Assembly: GCA_964016885.1 (NCBI GenBank)
Contig: OZ024744.1
Span: 82,336,001-82,400,000, forward strand
Source: Eledone cirrhosa
Taxonomy: Eukaryota
Direction of reading: 5' to 3'
Length of the DNA: 64,000 bases
Shown here: one piece after another, positions 1-12,904 of the stretch
How positions within the stretch are numbered: the stretch's first letter is position 1
Layout of the letters: each line of letters begins with the position of its first letter
Made by a program: the position numbers and the translations under genes
The notes under the pieces: model-generated
Told to the model about the DNA's origin: nothing
Seen by the model: the letters and a program-made list of their open reading frames with translations, nothing else
The model's database searches: none

Positions 1-600
1 TGATTAGTTGGATTGTTGTCCCGTCCTGCAGGCGGGCAAAATCCGGGATGTTGTTCATGTCCTCCGGTTTCATTTGGAGAAGAATCTCTAAATCCATTCC
101 GGACCAGTCTTCTCTCTCTGTCCTTTTGATATCCAGGAGGGTAGTGTCTGTCCCCTCCTCGATTACGCATCCCAGCAGCCACCATATGTTCATTCCTGGT
201 GGGATGCTGGGAATGCGGACCTTTACTGTCCTTTTACCCATGTAGGACGGGTGCATGATAATGCCTTCCGTTCTGCAGGGGGTTAATAGCAAGGGCCTCG
301 GTTTTGAACAGTACCGAGATGGTACCGAACGGTTTGGCTCTGGATTTATACTCTATGTCACTTCCGATGCACTCCAAAGCAGCCTCGACGTCTGCTTGGC
401 TGGCAAGTTCCACTTTTCGTGTCTGCACCGAAATGCATCGAAAGTATACCGTCCTCCTTTGCATGGCCGCTATTATCCCGTCCGGGATGGTCAGGTTTGC
501 CCAGGACTTCTCCCGTTTAATTAGCCTCCACGCCTTGGCCGACTGTTCGTCTTTATCGCTAATATCAATATCCAATAAGCGCTTTGTTTTTGCTGCTGCT
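1..600 (-). mobile_element. L1/Tx1-type LINE ORF1 fragment (frameshifted, runs off window start)
   Basis: ORF 234..620 (RRTVYFRCISVQTRKVELASQADVEAAL..KPFGTISVLF) plus my translation of ~250..1 in another frame (PSYMGKRTVKVRIPSIPPGMNIWWLLG..EDWSGMDLEILLQM..IPDFARLQDG) aligns by eye with ORF1 at 26602 (PSYCGQRLVKTSVTHVPPAIEIPWLMA..ENWSGSGMELLIQA..IPEVIDLTDG). Confidence 0.8.
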
Positions 601-696
601 GCAGAAGAAGAAGAAAACATGAAATTACAAAGTTCTGGTTAAAAGAATGAAATGAATATTTATATGTAGCCTTCAATAGAATGATAATAATAGGTT

Positions 697-850
697 CAAG
701 ACTAGCAATCTTTTGGTGGTGGTGGTGGTGGTTTGATCAATAAATCGATCTAGTACGTGACTGGCTGGTACTTTATTTTAGTGATACCAGAAGGATGAAA
801 GGCAACATTGACTTTAGCGGTATTTGAACTAAGAGCGTAAAGTACCAGAA
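697..850 (-). mobile_element. Degenerate tRNA-derived SINE (Meta/MESC-like core)
   Basis: ggtactttatttt..ggatgaaaggcaa..tttgaact matches the reverse complement of the intact SINE at 28014-28200. Confidence 0.6.
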
Positions 851-3524
851 GAAAAGGCATAACAGACATAAGAAGCGATAATGTAATTACCTGGAAACCC
901 TCCAAAATAAGCTAACTAAACTTGTTCATCAACAACTATATAAAACACTGACATCTAATTGTCAATAGGCTGGTTGGTGATCTGAAGAATAATAATATAT
1001 TTCTGGGGAGTATATGGTGGTTTCGTTAGTGAATGAATAGTGGTATTGATGGCAAATCAGTTAATTATCGAAGACAATGAGAAAAGGGGAAAATACCAAA
1101 TTATGACACATTATGATTACCGAAGAGTCTTTTACAGCTAACCACCGCCTTGTAGACATTGAATATATATTATTAAAACTAGTATTAAGAACAGTGTATC
1201 AGCTATGTTATAAAAAAACCCATCAATTATATAATCATTTTCCTTAGAGGTTTATTCCTCTTGCACGACCTGCTTGTCTACAAACTTACAGCAGAAGAAT
1301 TATTCTGTCACGCACCTAGGTCTTATCTCAGGTCAGCAACCAAGGTCTGTGGTTGTTGGTTGGAGAAAACATAATCATATATCCTTTTTAATTTTTCAGT
1401 TATTTGACTGTGGCCATGCTAAGGTAGCACCATGTATTCAAATACAATAGCATTAAAATAAAGTGAACAATATTCTGAAATCAAAATAACTACGATGCAA
1501 AGCAAAGAAACATATGATACGGCTGCCCAAGTCACTCAAATCGACACCAGTACTTGACTGAACTATTTTATGACTATCGAAGAATAATAACAGAGAATGT
1601 AGACCTGGTGGGATATCAGAACGTAAAGGGACGTAACTAGTTGCTGCAAGATTTTAAATGTAATCCATCGTTGCAATTTTTATATACTTTACAAGGAACC
1701 AACTTACTATCTTAGATTCAATAATAAAAACGTACATAATTACAAAATAAAACTTCACAGTACAAAAATCAGACAACTGATTCCCACTACTCATTTGTCT
1801 ATACATAGCTCCGCTGGGAAATTTGCTTAATGAAACCAACCTTTTATATACATGCTATAGGTAAACTATAACCCCTTCCTCCTATATATGGATGATTTCA
1901 AAATTGCTGTACTATACGGCACCCAACTACATGTTCTTATTCGTATGTTTCATAGCATAGATAAGATAGAGCCTGTAGGAATGGAAACAAATTAGAAAAG
2001 AGAGCTACAGAAAAATCAGACGTGTATTGATTTCTTGCATTGGCACGAGATTACAAGGTGTAGGAGTAAGTTGATTGGATAAATATATGTCTATTACTTA
2101 TTTTGTCGCACCTCGATGGATGAAAAGCAACGCACCTGGGGGGATATGAACTCATATCGCAGACTTATTAAATGTTGCAAGGAATTTATCTCAGTACTTT
2201 ACCATTTCTATTATTGCACTACATTCGAGTCATACAAATACTAAATATCAAACGAGGCAGATTTTCTTACGTTGAAGCTTCTGAATTATTTTGTATTCTA
2301 AGACTACCATAACCAGCGAAGAACTATGTATCTGTAATGGCGAAATTTAACAATTCTAAGTTTTTACGGGAAATGTAATAATATTCAGCCCAAATTTCAA
2401 GACCAAGTCAGCCTGGGTTTTTATAGCACACATGTCATTATTTGTGAGAATTCTTGTTTATTTCTTTCGGATATATATATCTAAATATATATATACAATA
2501 ATTAGAAGTTTGAGTTATGAATATCCTTTTGTATATAGCAAATTGATTTGTTATTGTTAAATCATGATGAGCTCTTTTGTTTCTATTTTAACACTTACCA
2601 AACATCATAATCAGTTTTATATAATACTCTAGGACGTATTTCGAATTGTTTTCTGTTTCAGGACATACTTCAAATTATGTTTCCTCTACCGATATATTCA
2701 GTGATCTAAGGCATTTTTTTAATTTATCAAAATTACACCCTTGGTGAGGAGAAAGAATCATTAACTTAATGGTCAATTCTGGCCAAGGAAGGCAATGGTG
2801 ACAATCTGTCAAAGCCTTATTTAATTAAAAATATTCTAAAATATAATGTGGGCAACACAGTGTGAGTGATGCCTCGCTCTGTAATATGGTGAAAACTTCG
2901 AAAATATTTCCTTTTTAATATGTCGCTTTGTTGGAGAACAGTTTTTATACAAGTATTGCCAGACAAAGGTGACTTGAGAGATAGTTGCAAAACCGTTTCA
3001 AATAGCATCTCCATAAACAAGATATATGGAAAGCATTTTGAGGGACATTTCAAGTCTCAATGACAACCATTTTAGTGCAATAAATGCTAAATGAAGAGAT
3101 CATAAGATAGATTTTAGATAATTAGATGCCAAAGAATAGTATTTCTGCAATGGAACCCAACACTGGGAATAAAGCAAAAATAAAGAACACTTTGCTATTG
3201 ATGGGACAGAAAATATCAAGAATTCCGTTGCGGTATTTTTGGTTGTAAAATTAGCTCACAAAAAAATAATTTAAATTCTTAAAGTAAACATTAAAGCAAT
3301 TTACAATCAACTTCCAGAAATGGGGAATATAATATTTATAGAAATAAATATCTCACAAATTTTACGAAAATATGTTAAAGCAATTTATCAAAAAATCCCA
3401 GCCGAGAGTAGATGATATGAAGGAATAAAATGAGATGCAAAAAAACAAAAAACCAAAAACCAAACAAACAAAACAAAAACAACCACAAAAACAACAAAAC
3501 ATGCATGGCGAGCCAGAAATTGAA

Positions 3525-3600
<76 letters not shown>

Positions 3601-3654
3601 GTGGGAAAGTAAAGAATCGGAGAATAGACCGTTAAAACATGTTTATTTAAAACA

Positions 3655-3694
3655 GCACCTACGTACGTTTCGCCCAGATGGGCTTCTCAAGGGC
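3655..3694 (-). ncRNA. Minimal type I hammerhead ribozyme (U3-A8 core variant)
   Basis: Minus strand GCCC-TTGAGAA-GCCCA tc TGGGC-GAAAC-GTAC-GTA^GGTGC: core, stem II, palindromic mini stem III as in PLE HHRs. Confidence 0.65.
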
Positions 3695-3983
3695 ATAAAT
3701 AATCAAGTGTTCCTTATATTGCTCGGAAAGAGTTTTGGGGGTTAAATCCACATCAAGGTTCATTGCTCGCAAAAATAGCTTGTTTTGATTTTGCAGCAGG
3801 TCAAGGGAGGTAACTCTGGCCGGTGTTAGGGCAGTCTTTCCCGGACAAATTTTTTTTTTTTTTTGCCACATCTGTTTGTCTGAGGCTGGGACTGGTATGC
3901 AAGGATTGTTTCCTGGGTGTTATTTTGCAGCGCCTGCCCGCCGGGGTGTTAAGACTTGTTGCAGGGAGATCCGGTGTACGGTT

Positions 3984-4442
3984 TCACTCCTCATCCTTAA
4001 CCCATCTGAAGAAGGATATTTTTAAGCGATGTGTACAACTTATCGCTGTTTCAGCTCTGCTGTTGATGAGCTCGTGGGGTGCAGTTATGGTGTGGTAGAG
4101 CTCCATGAGGCAAAGATCGCATTTCCTCTTGAAGTTGTACGGTGCAGCCCTGCCGACAATCTCCCAGTGCGTGGAGAAGCTGATGTTTAAGTCCTTTAGT
4201 GATGTGATGTAGTCCGCGAGCGAAGTGGAGTGTCTTAGTTTTCTATTTGTGAAAGAGTAGAGATGTGTTCGAAACCTAATTTTGAACGGGCCGGAGGTAG
4301 CCCCTATATAATGTTTAACGCTATTGTGGCTAGTAATAGTGCATCTATATATAACCCTATCAGTCAAGCAGTATCCTCTAAGGGGGCAGCGTCCTCTGTC
4401 GCGGCAGTTGCAATTTCTGTCGCGGTTCCGTCTATTTCCCAC
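3984..4442 (-). pseudogene. PLE GIY-YIG endonuclease domain (CxC..CPLxGxC type, Naiad-like)
   Basis: CNCRDRGRCPLRGYCLTDRVIYRCTI..HYIGATSGPFKIRFRTHLYSF..CDLCLME..INSRAE; in-frame TAG upstream. Confidence 0.85.
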
Positions 4443-4879
4443 GGTAAGGCTATCATTGTTGCTGCCTACGTTGTTACCTACGTGCTTACGCTCTGCTAAC
4501 TCTCTAGCCCACTAAATATTAACACTTCGAATATTTAATACTGTCGGCACTAGTATCGACAACCTTTGGCATACGCTATATAAGCGCTTTAGCTAAGCTT
4601 AGTATTGCCACAACCAGGGCTGGCAAAGAAGTAAGGGTCTGGTGGTACGTAAGTAAGCGACACTGTGGCTTAAAACGCGAGGAAGAAGTTGTGTGCACTT
4701 ACCAACTGTTTGGGGAATGAGTGTGAGATTTGTCTTGAGCAAGGGTGGAAAATAACCGGGGGCAGCAGCCAGCCGGACATACAGACAGATATTATAAGGG
4801 CGCAACGTTATATGTATGTATCTATCTAAAACGAGAAAGATTAAGAATTATAGAGAGAGATAGCTAAATCGCCTAATGC

Positions 4880-5027
4880 GGTCCCTAGAGCATTGAAAAT
4901 TTGAAATTTTTGCTCAGAACACTCCCTGAAACATAAATATTACATGTGTAAAGATTGAAAAAAGATTGTTGGGTGCTTCTCTAGTTTTAGGGATTCAAAC
5001 TCACACACTCACAGACAGACATCCTCA

Positions 5028-5035
<8 letters not shown>
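4880..5035 (-). mobile_element. Probable non-autonomous Helitron/DINE-like 5' end
   Basis: Minus strand ATATATAAAACTGAGGATGTCTGTCTGTGAG..CCTAAAACTAG resembles the TATATAAAA..(GTCT)n start of small invertebrate Helitrons. Confidence 0.45.
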
Positions 5036-5086
<51 letters not shown>

Positions 5087-5088
<2 letters not shown>

Positions 5089-5255
5089 CAAAGGAAGTGT
5101 GGTAAGGAACCAGATGGACCATAACACACCATAGTACTCAATACTTAGGGTAGGAGAGTGGGTAATAGGAAAATGTTTAACCCCGACGGCAGAGCTCGAG
5201 CCGTTTCGACGGTTAAACGGCTTGAGCTTTGCCGTCGGGGTTAAACATTTTCCTA
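5087..5255 (-). mobile_element. Short fold-back element, HHR-half family, copy A
   Basis: Hairpin 5166-5255 plus ~80-bp tail, flanked by (TA)n; shared with five other copies. Confidence 0.85.
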
Positions 5256-5273
5256 TATATATATATGTATATA

Positions 5274-5752
<479 letters not shown>

Positions 5753-5865
5753 GAGTATATGTTGGTTGTATACCAACACCCTAGTATGCAGATAGAGCAC
5801 TCGACGAAGTGCGTAGGTTGGTTTGGTTACTCCGGAGTAATGTAAAATATATGTATATATATATG

Positions 5866-5984
<119 letters not shown>

Positions 5985-6906
5985 AATAAAATAAATAAGT
6001 CAAACTGACGTATGGGAAGAGTGACCTTACAGATCTTTATAACACTGAGATGGGTATAACACACACACACATTTTATTCGATTATTTTATTTTATTTTTT
6101 GTTCCTTTACCATCTCATTCTTTCTACCATTTTATCATTTTTTTTTAGCTGACTCCAACAACAACACCACTACCAACATAAGCATAGAGGTCAGATGTAC
6201 CTAACAATAACAAGAACAACCACTACAGATTGGCTTGCCTCAGAACGAATTTCTATAGACTTTTGACTGAGGAATGTTCTAACAACTGACCAATGAGAGG
6301 AGAAGAGGCCCTTTGACGCTGAAATTCGTTTGTTTAAATTCATATGATTCCAGTTCCTCAGTGAAATAGCAACCCAACCAGGAACTGGGCATATCAGAGT
6401 ATTGACAAAGTTAAACACCTCAACAACATGTGTATTCGTCTCTACCACACTAATTCGGACTGCCTGAAGAGGTCACATCCAAAGATGGCTGTCACCTAAA
6501 TATATATAGCAGTAATAAACGAAGCCAAATTTTAAACATTTAATTTATTTATTTTATTTTATATGTATATATATGTATATATATGTATATATATATGTAT
6601 ATATATATACATATATATATATACATATATATATACATATATATATACATACTTTCGAGATATGCGGCAAGCGCTCAATGGACTAAAAGAAGACCAGAAC
6701 AATTAACATACGTTATAGAGGCCAAACAAACTGAAAACGGCGGTCATGAAGCTATCAGCGACCTGAGCCAAAAAAACGAAGGAAGCTAAACAGGCTAAAC
6801 AAAATAATTTACTTGGACCTCCTGAACATTGATGGTATAATCCAGTGGGAGGTTTCTGTGACATCTAAATCCATTATACTGCCTGCTTTCATTGTAAGCT
6901 CACAAA

Positions 6907-6945
<39 letters not shown>

Positions 6946-6948
<3 letters not shown>

Positions 6949-7289
6949 CTTTCACCGTACTTTTCAACTAAAGACATTTTAGTCAGATAATGGGGTTTAG
7001 AACCCTCAGATAAATGGAAAAAGATGAGTATTGACGTACATGGGAGCCGAACCCACATCTTTGGTTATCCAGACCACTGTGCTACCATGGTGTAAATGGT
7101 AGCACAGTGGTCTGGATAACCAAAGATGTGGGTTCGGCTCCCATGTACGTCAATACTCATCTTTTTCCATTTATCTGAGGGTTCTAAACCCCATTATCTG
7201 ACTAAAATTTATTTAGTTGAAAAGTACGGTGAAAGCTATTCTATTTTCTAATTTCAAACCTGCTCACTGCTTCAAAACATACTTACTTG

Positions 7290-7291
<2 letters not shown>
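6946..7291 (+). mobile_element. Fold-back element with tRNA-like head (SINE-like), PLE-type insertion geometry
   Basis: Near-perfect ~143-bp inverted arms (6946-7088 / 7096-7238), 53-bp tail, (TA)n flanks; TGGTGTAAATGGT A-box-like and GGTTCGGCTCC B-box-like motifs at 7088-7152. Confidence 0.75.
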
Positions 7292-7330
<39 letters not shown>

Positions 7331-7502
7331 AAAGATTTATTTAAAATTGTTGGGTTACAACGAGTAAATATTTTATAACTGATATAAAGCACTCAACAAG
7401 TTTTGGAGTAGATATACATATATATATATAATTATATGGAGTAGATATACATATATATATATAATTATATGGAGTAGATATACATATATATATATATATA
7501 TA

Positions 7503-7605
7503 ATTATTTCTACTTTTGGCACAGGGCCAGCAATTATACCAGTGCATTACTAGTACTTTATTTCATCAACCCCGTAAGGATGAAAGGCAAAGTTAACCTC
7601 GGTGG
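7503..7605 (-). mobile_element. SINE 3' part (Meta/MESC-like)
   Basis: tttctacttttggcacagggccagcaatt..ggatgaaaggcaaagttaacctcgg. Confidence 0.8.
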
Positions 7606-7960
7606 AATATAGGCTACAAATGTCAGGTCGACACACCCACTCCTAATAGTGCCTACATTGGGTTAACTGCCAATAGATTCAAGCAGTGTCTATACATTCA
7701 CACCAATTCTTTTCTTAACCCTTTAAGAAGGAACATAACGTCATTTTCGACCTATATCTAAAGTCTAAAAGACAACCACACCCGATAGAGGCTACACTGC
7801 TAAAGCTAGATCATATAATGGAAACAAAAGCCCACGTGACCTTTGCGCCGCCGAAGCCCTGGAAATACTCTATGCCAACGATAAAATCTTAAATAAAAAA
7901 ATCCGAAGCAATTTCGGCTTATAAACACAAACGATATAAAACCTTCCTGTATTACGGCCC
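7606..7960 (+). pseudogene. Degenerate PLE GIY-YIG endonuclease fragment
   Basis: Hand translation from 7651: AYIGLTANRFKQCLYIHTNSFLNPLRRNITSFSTYI*SLKD, later DLCAAEALEILYANDKILNKK; homologous to 3984-4442. Confidence 0.7.
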
Positions 7961-8073
7961 TAAGTACTTTATTTTTATACTATTATTTATTTGTATAGGT
8001 ATGTACACCTTATACGTGTTTGTGTATGTATGTATATATGTATACCTATGTATATATGTGTGTATTTATATAA

Positions 8074-8084
<11 letters not shown>

Positions 8085-8108
<24 letters not shown>

Positions 8109-8134
8109 AGCGTGTGTGTGTGTGTGTGTGTGTG

Positions 8135-8213
<79 letters not shown>
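8085..8213. repeat. (TG)n microsatellite
   Basis: Direct inspection. Confidence 0.95.
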
Positions 8214-8216
<3 letters not shown>

Positions 8217-8976
8217 TATGGGTATATCAGATAAAAAATCTATTAGAAAGAGAGGGATTGTCAAATTGATATTTGAATGTATATGGTATAGTGAAGTTTA
8301 AAAGGAATGTAAAAATTAAATGTTGAGTTGTGTTGTATGGAGTTTTTAGGTGAATATAAATTAAGGTCATGGCCAGGAAAGATAGTATATTAAAAGATGA
8401 AAATTATAATATGATAATGAAATACTTCCTAATAGATTTTTTATGGCAATTCTATTATTAACACCATTCAACCATTCCTTTCAAAGGGTCATGACGTCAA
8501 CTAAAGTGAATTATTTTTCATCTTAACATCATATGGAAAAAAACAATCTGATTGGTTAGTTCTTCAGCTACCTCCAAATAAGGTCATAGAACTAAACATA
8601 ATACTAATTTACTACTAATTTTGAATAAAATTATTATTGCTTTTGACAACAGCTGGTGATATGCATGTAAGTAAATATTCTCTTTATCTGATATTTTGTA
8701 ACTAACCTTACATAGATCGATAACGAAGTATAGTTACAATGTATTATCATCATCTAGAAACGATCGTAAAGCAGTGAAGTATATTTCTGATGACTTGATT
8801 TTTTATTTCATTGTTTTAACTTATATCATGACTCTGTTTTCCTTTTGATATTTTATTGTTTTCCGGGATTTATTTTAACCTACAACATTTTCAACATATG
8901 GATTACATTGAGTTCTTCATGCAGACTAGACCCCACAACTTACCGTGGATACCTCTGTGTATATATATATATATAT

Positions 8977-9069
<93 letters not shown>

Positions 9070-10008
9070 GTGTGTCTGTCTGTCTGTGTACGTGTGCATA
9101 CTTATATTTATGTATCAGCTGTGCTAGGGTGAGGAATACATTTCTAATTTTATTTACGATATATATATATAAATATATATATGCAATGGAAGGTTGCAAG
9201 GGCATATATCTTTCAACACAATATCAGTTATATTTTTTTCCAATTTCCCTCTCAAGGATATTTGGGAACCTTTACTGGTTCCTTTTTGAAAAAGTTGTAT
9301 CACATGAATCTTTGCTTACATTTCTCGGGCAAGGAGGCATTGTCATTTGTAACTCGTATTTTCCAAGTTTATACTTTTATCTGGAGATGGTCAATTTTCC
9401 ACCATTCTTTATGGCTTGTAACTCAAGCAAATGACGCGGCGTGCTTTTTTTTTTATTGTTGGTGACTGCAGTCCTTTCGTTAATATATCAGTTTGCATTT
9501 TCCGTTCTAAAATTGTGACTATTTATAAGTGTATATGTTTGATTTATTAAAAATCTTTAAAAACTTCGTTCCCGAACATTTTCTAGACATATGTGCAACT
9601 ATCACTTTTTTAGTTATTAACTTCTTCCGATATTAAACGTCTGATAAACAAACTAAAATGAATGCTTTTAAAATATATATTTATCATAAATATGTCAACG
9701 GACGTAAAATACCCTCCATATAAAGTAACTGGGTTAGGCTAGACACTCTAAAAATCCAAAGTGTCTTGCAAGAAAACCTGGAATAAGATATTTTCTCTAA
9801 ACGAATCTCCGCAAAAATACATGTGTCCAACTCTACATATACTAATACCACCAACAACAAATCACAACAACTTTAACAATAACGTCAACAACAAAGCTGT
9901 CACCATCATCATCATCATCCTCGCCACTACCACCACCATCATCATCATCATCATCATCATCATCACCATCATTATCATCATCATATTCATCAGCACCACC
10001 AGCATCAC

Positions 10009-10059
<51 letters not shown>

Positions 10060-10090
10060 TATCATCATCATCATCATCATCATCATCATC

Positions 10091-10145
<55 letters not shown>

Positions 10146-10495
10146 ACAACAATAACAAGAACAATTATAGCAGTACAAATTTATAATGATAATCATATTT
10201 AAAACTATAGTAATAACAAGAACGACAATAACAACAACAACAACCACAACAATAGCAACGACAACAACAACAATAACAATAATAATAATAATAGCAACAA
10301 CAACAACTATAACTATAATGGTTTCATTTATTGGCCACAAGGGTCGACATATAGGGGACGATAGACTAGACATAGACAGTGGGGGTTTTCATATATAACG
10401 TGAACAAATATAAACAACAACAACAACAACAACAGCAACAACAACAACATCAATAATAACAATAATATTACAAATAATAATAGTAATAATAATAA

Positions 10496-10684
10496 TTGTT
10501 TCTACATTTGGCACAAGGCCAGCAATTATCCCAGTGTATTACTGGTACTTTATTTTATCGACCCCCGTAAAGATGAATAGGCAAAGTTAACCTCGGTGGG
10601 ATTTGAACTCAGACCGTAAAGGGACGTAACTCTTTGCTGCAAAGCATTGGCGTGTTCGACCCTCTACCGATACTGCCAATCCAC
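10496..10684 (-). mobile_element. tRNA-derived SINE (Meta/MESC-like core)
   Basis: Reverse complement of 28014-28200 incl. A-box TGGCAGTATCGGT and B-box GAGTTCAAATCC; (TTA)n tail. Confidence 0.9.
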
Positions 10685-10709
10685 TAACAATAATAACAAT
10701 AATATTACC

Positions 10710-10745
<36 letters not shown>

Positions 10746-10811
10746 AATAATAATAATAATAATAATAACAATAATAACAATAATATTACTAACAACAACA
10801 ACAACAACAAC

Positions 10812-10850
<39 letters not shown>

Positions 10851-11195
10851 CAATTTTGTGAAAATTATTTCTCTCGGAGCAACCATTTTCTATTAACTTG
10901 TTATGCAGTTGTATTAGTTTGATGAGATTATCAAATTTCCATTGGTTATTCTACAGCGTTCTCTTGTAGTTTAGGCGATAATCAAAAGCAATTAGTCAAA
11001 TCACTGCTTTTTGGAAACGCCGACTCTTGTATATGTCTATTTATTTTACATTAATAATTTTTTTTTTTTTACTTTCAATATGTTATTTATTTATTTATTA
11101 ATTATTATTATTATTATGTTGTTATTATTATCATTATTGTTGTTGTTGTTGTTGTTGTTGTTTTTATTATTGTTGTTGTTGTTGTTATTATTGTT

Positions 11196-11315
11196 ATATA
11201 AATAATAAAAATATTTACACGCACAAAATCCACATCGTACCGTCCTGTACCGTCCTGTGCCGTATGTAATGTTTTTCTTGATGTCAGCCCTTGTGGCCAA
11301 TAAAGAAATCATCAT
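11196..11315 (+). mobile_element. LINE 3' end (severely 5'-truncated)
   Basis: Matches 26040-26160, ending CCCTTGTGGCCAATAAAGAAATC + (TTA)n. Confidence 0.85.
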
Positions 11316-11338
11316 AATTATTATTATTATTGTTATTA

Positions 11339-11448
11339 TAAATCCCGCCGAGGTTAACTTTGCCTTTCATCCTTACGGAGGTCGATTAAATAAAGTACCA
11401 GTAATACACTGTGATAATTGCTGGCCTTGTGCCAAAAGTAGAAACAAT
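11339..11448 (+). mobile_element. 5'-truncated SINE
   Basis: aatcccgccgaggttaactttgcctttcatcc..gtagaaacaatt + (TTA)n. Confidence 0.85.
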
Positions 11449-11615
11449 TATTATTATTATTATTATTATCATTATTTTATTTTTGTTTTTTAAAATTTTA
11501 TTATATTATTATTATTATTATTTCATATTTTATTGTTTTTCTTTTTGTTTTATATATTTTATGAATTATTATTTTTTTTTTTTTAGTTTTATAATTTAGT
11601 TTCTACGCTGGTTGT

Positions 11616-11649
<34 letters not shown>

Positions 11650-11962
11650 TTTAATGCTTATTCATTCCACATCATCCTGTAAGCTATTTTTGATGAAGAC
11701 GATAATTATGAAGATAGTAATGATGGACCTTTCTCTTTCCGATGATAATGATGATGATGACGATGACGATGATATGATGCTGATGATGATGCTGATGATG
11801 CTGACAACGACGACGACGACGACGACAATACTGACTATGATGACGATGATGACGACGACGATGAAGATCATGACTATGATGATGATGATGATGACGATGA
11901 TTATGATGACGACAACGGCATCCATTATGATGATGACGATAATATGATAATGGTGGTGGTGG

Positions 11963-12002
<40 letters not shown>

Positions 12003-12161
12003 AGTGATATTGATGATGATGGTGATGATGATATTATACTAAAAGCAGTAATGGTGATGAGGATGCTGTTGATAATGAGCAATGACGGTGTCGCTGTTGA
12101 TGACGATGGTGATGGCGAGGATGATGATGATGATGAAGTTGTTGGTGTGCTGTTGATGAGG

Positions 12162-12202
<41 letters not shown>

Positions 12203-12323
12203 CACTACTGCTGCTGCTGCTGCTGCTGCTACTGCTGATGCTACTACTACTACTACTACTGCTGCTGATGCTGGTGCTATTACTACACCAACAACTACTA
12301 CTACCAGCACCACCACCACCACG

Positions 12324-12411
<88 letters not shown>

Positions 12412-12470
12412 TTGCTGCTGCTACTACTACTAATAATACCACCACCACCATCACCACCATTACCACCACC

Positions 12471-12510
<40 letters not shown>

Positions 12511-12720
12511 ATAATAATAATAAAAATGTGATATGTTTATAATTATTAAAACTACATTTTTCTTAATTTGTCATTGTTATGTCCCCCATCGCCCCCTTGT
12601 GGCAATACAAGAAACGATAATGTTGTTAACAACAACAACAACAATAACAACAACAATAATAATAATAGTAGTAGATATTAATTACTATTATTATACTTGG
12701 TGGATTGGCAGTATCGGTAG

Positions 12721-12766
<46 letters not shown>

Positions 12767-12819
12767 TTACTACTACTACTACTGCTACTACTACAACAAC
12801 TACTACTACTACAACAACA

Positions 12820-12883
<64 letters not shown>

Positions 12884-12904
12884 ATAATAATAATAATAAT
12901 AATA

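Larger units (their letters stand above)
3599..4810 (-). mobile_element. Penelope-like element 3' portion (GIY-YIG EN + 3' region with HHR), next to (TA)n
   Basis: GIY-YIG ORF, HHR near the 3' end, abuts (TA)n at 3528-3598; upstream boundary uncertain. Confidence 0.8.

Noticed and set aside
2700-3420. Possible Helitron/PIF1 helicase remnant (FIQVLP)
   Set aside because: One short motif amid many stops; not supportable
6460-6505. CCTGAAGAGG hammerhead-like core
   Set aside because: No GAAA partner and weak stems
7088-7152. Functional tRNA gene
   Set aside because: 5' acceptor strand missing, anticodon stem mismatch, embedded in a fold-back element
7215-7245. TTGAAAA..GAAAGCTA as hammerhead in the tRNA-headed element
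   Set aside because: Stems I and II cannot be formed convincingly
8490-8560. TGACGTCA and ATTGG promoter motifs
   Set aside because: Short motifs expected by chance; no associated gene
9185-9470. Possible transposase remnant or exon
   Set aside because: No convincing motif in any frame
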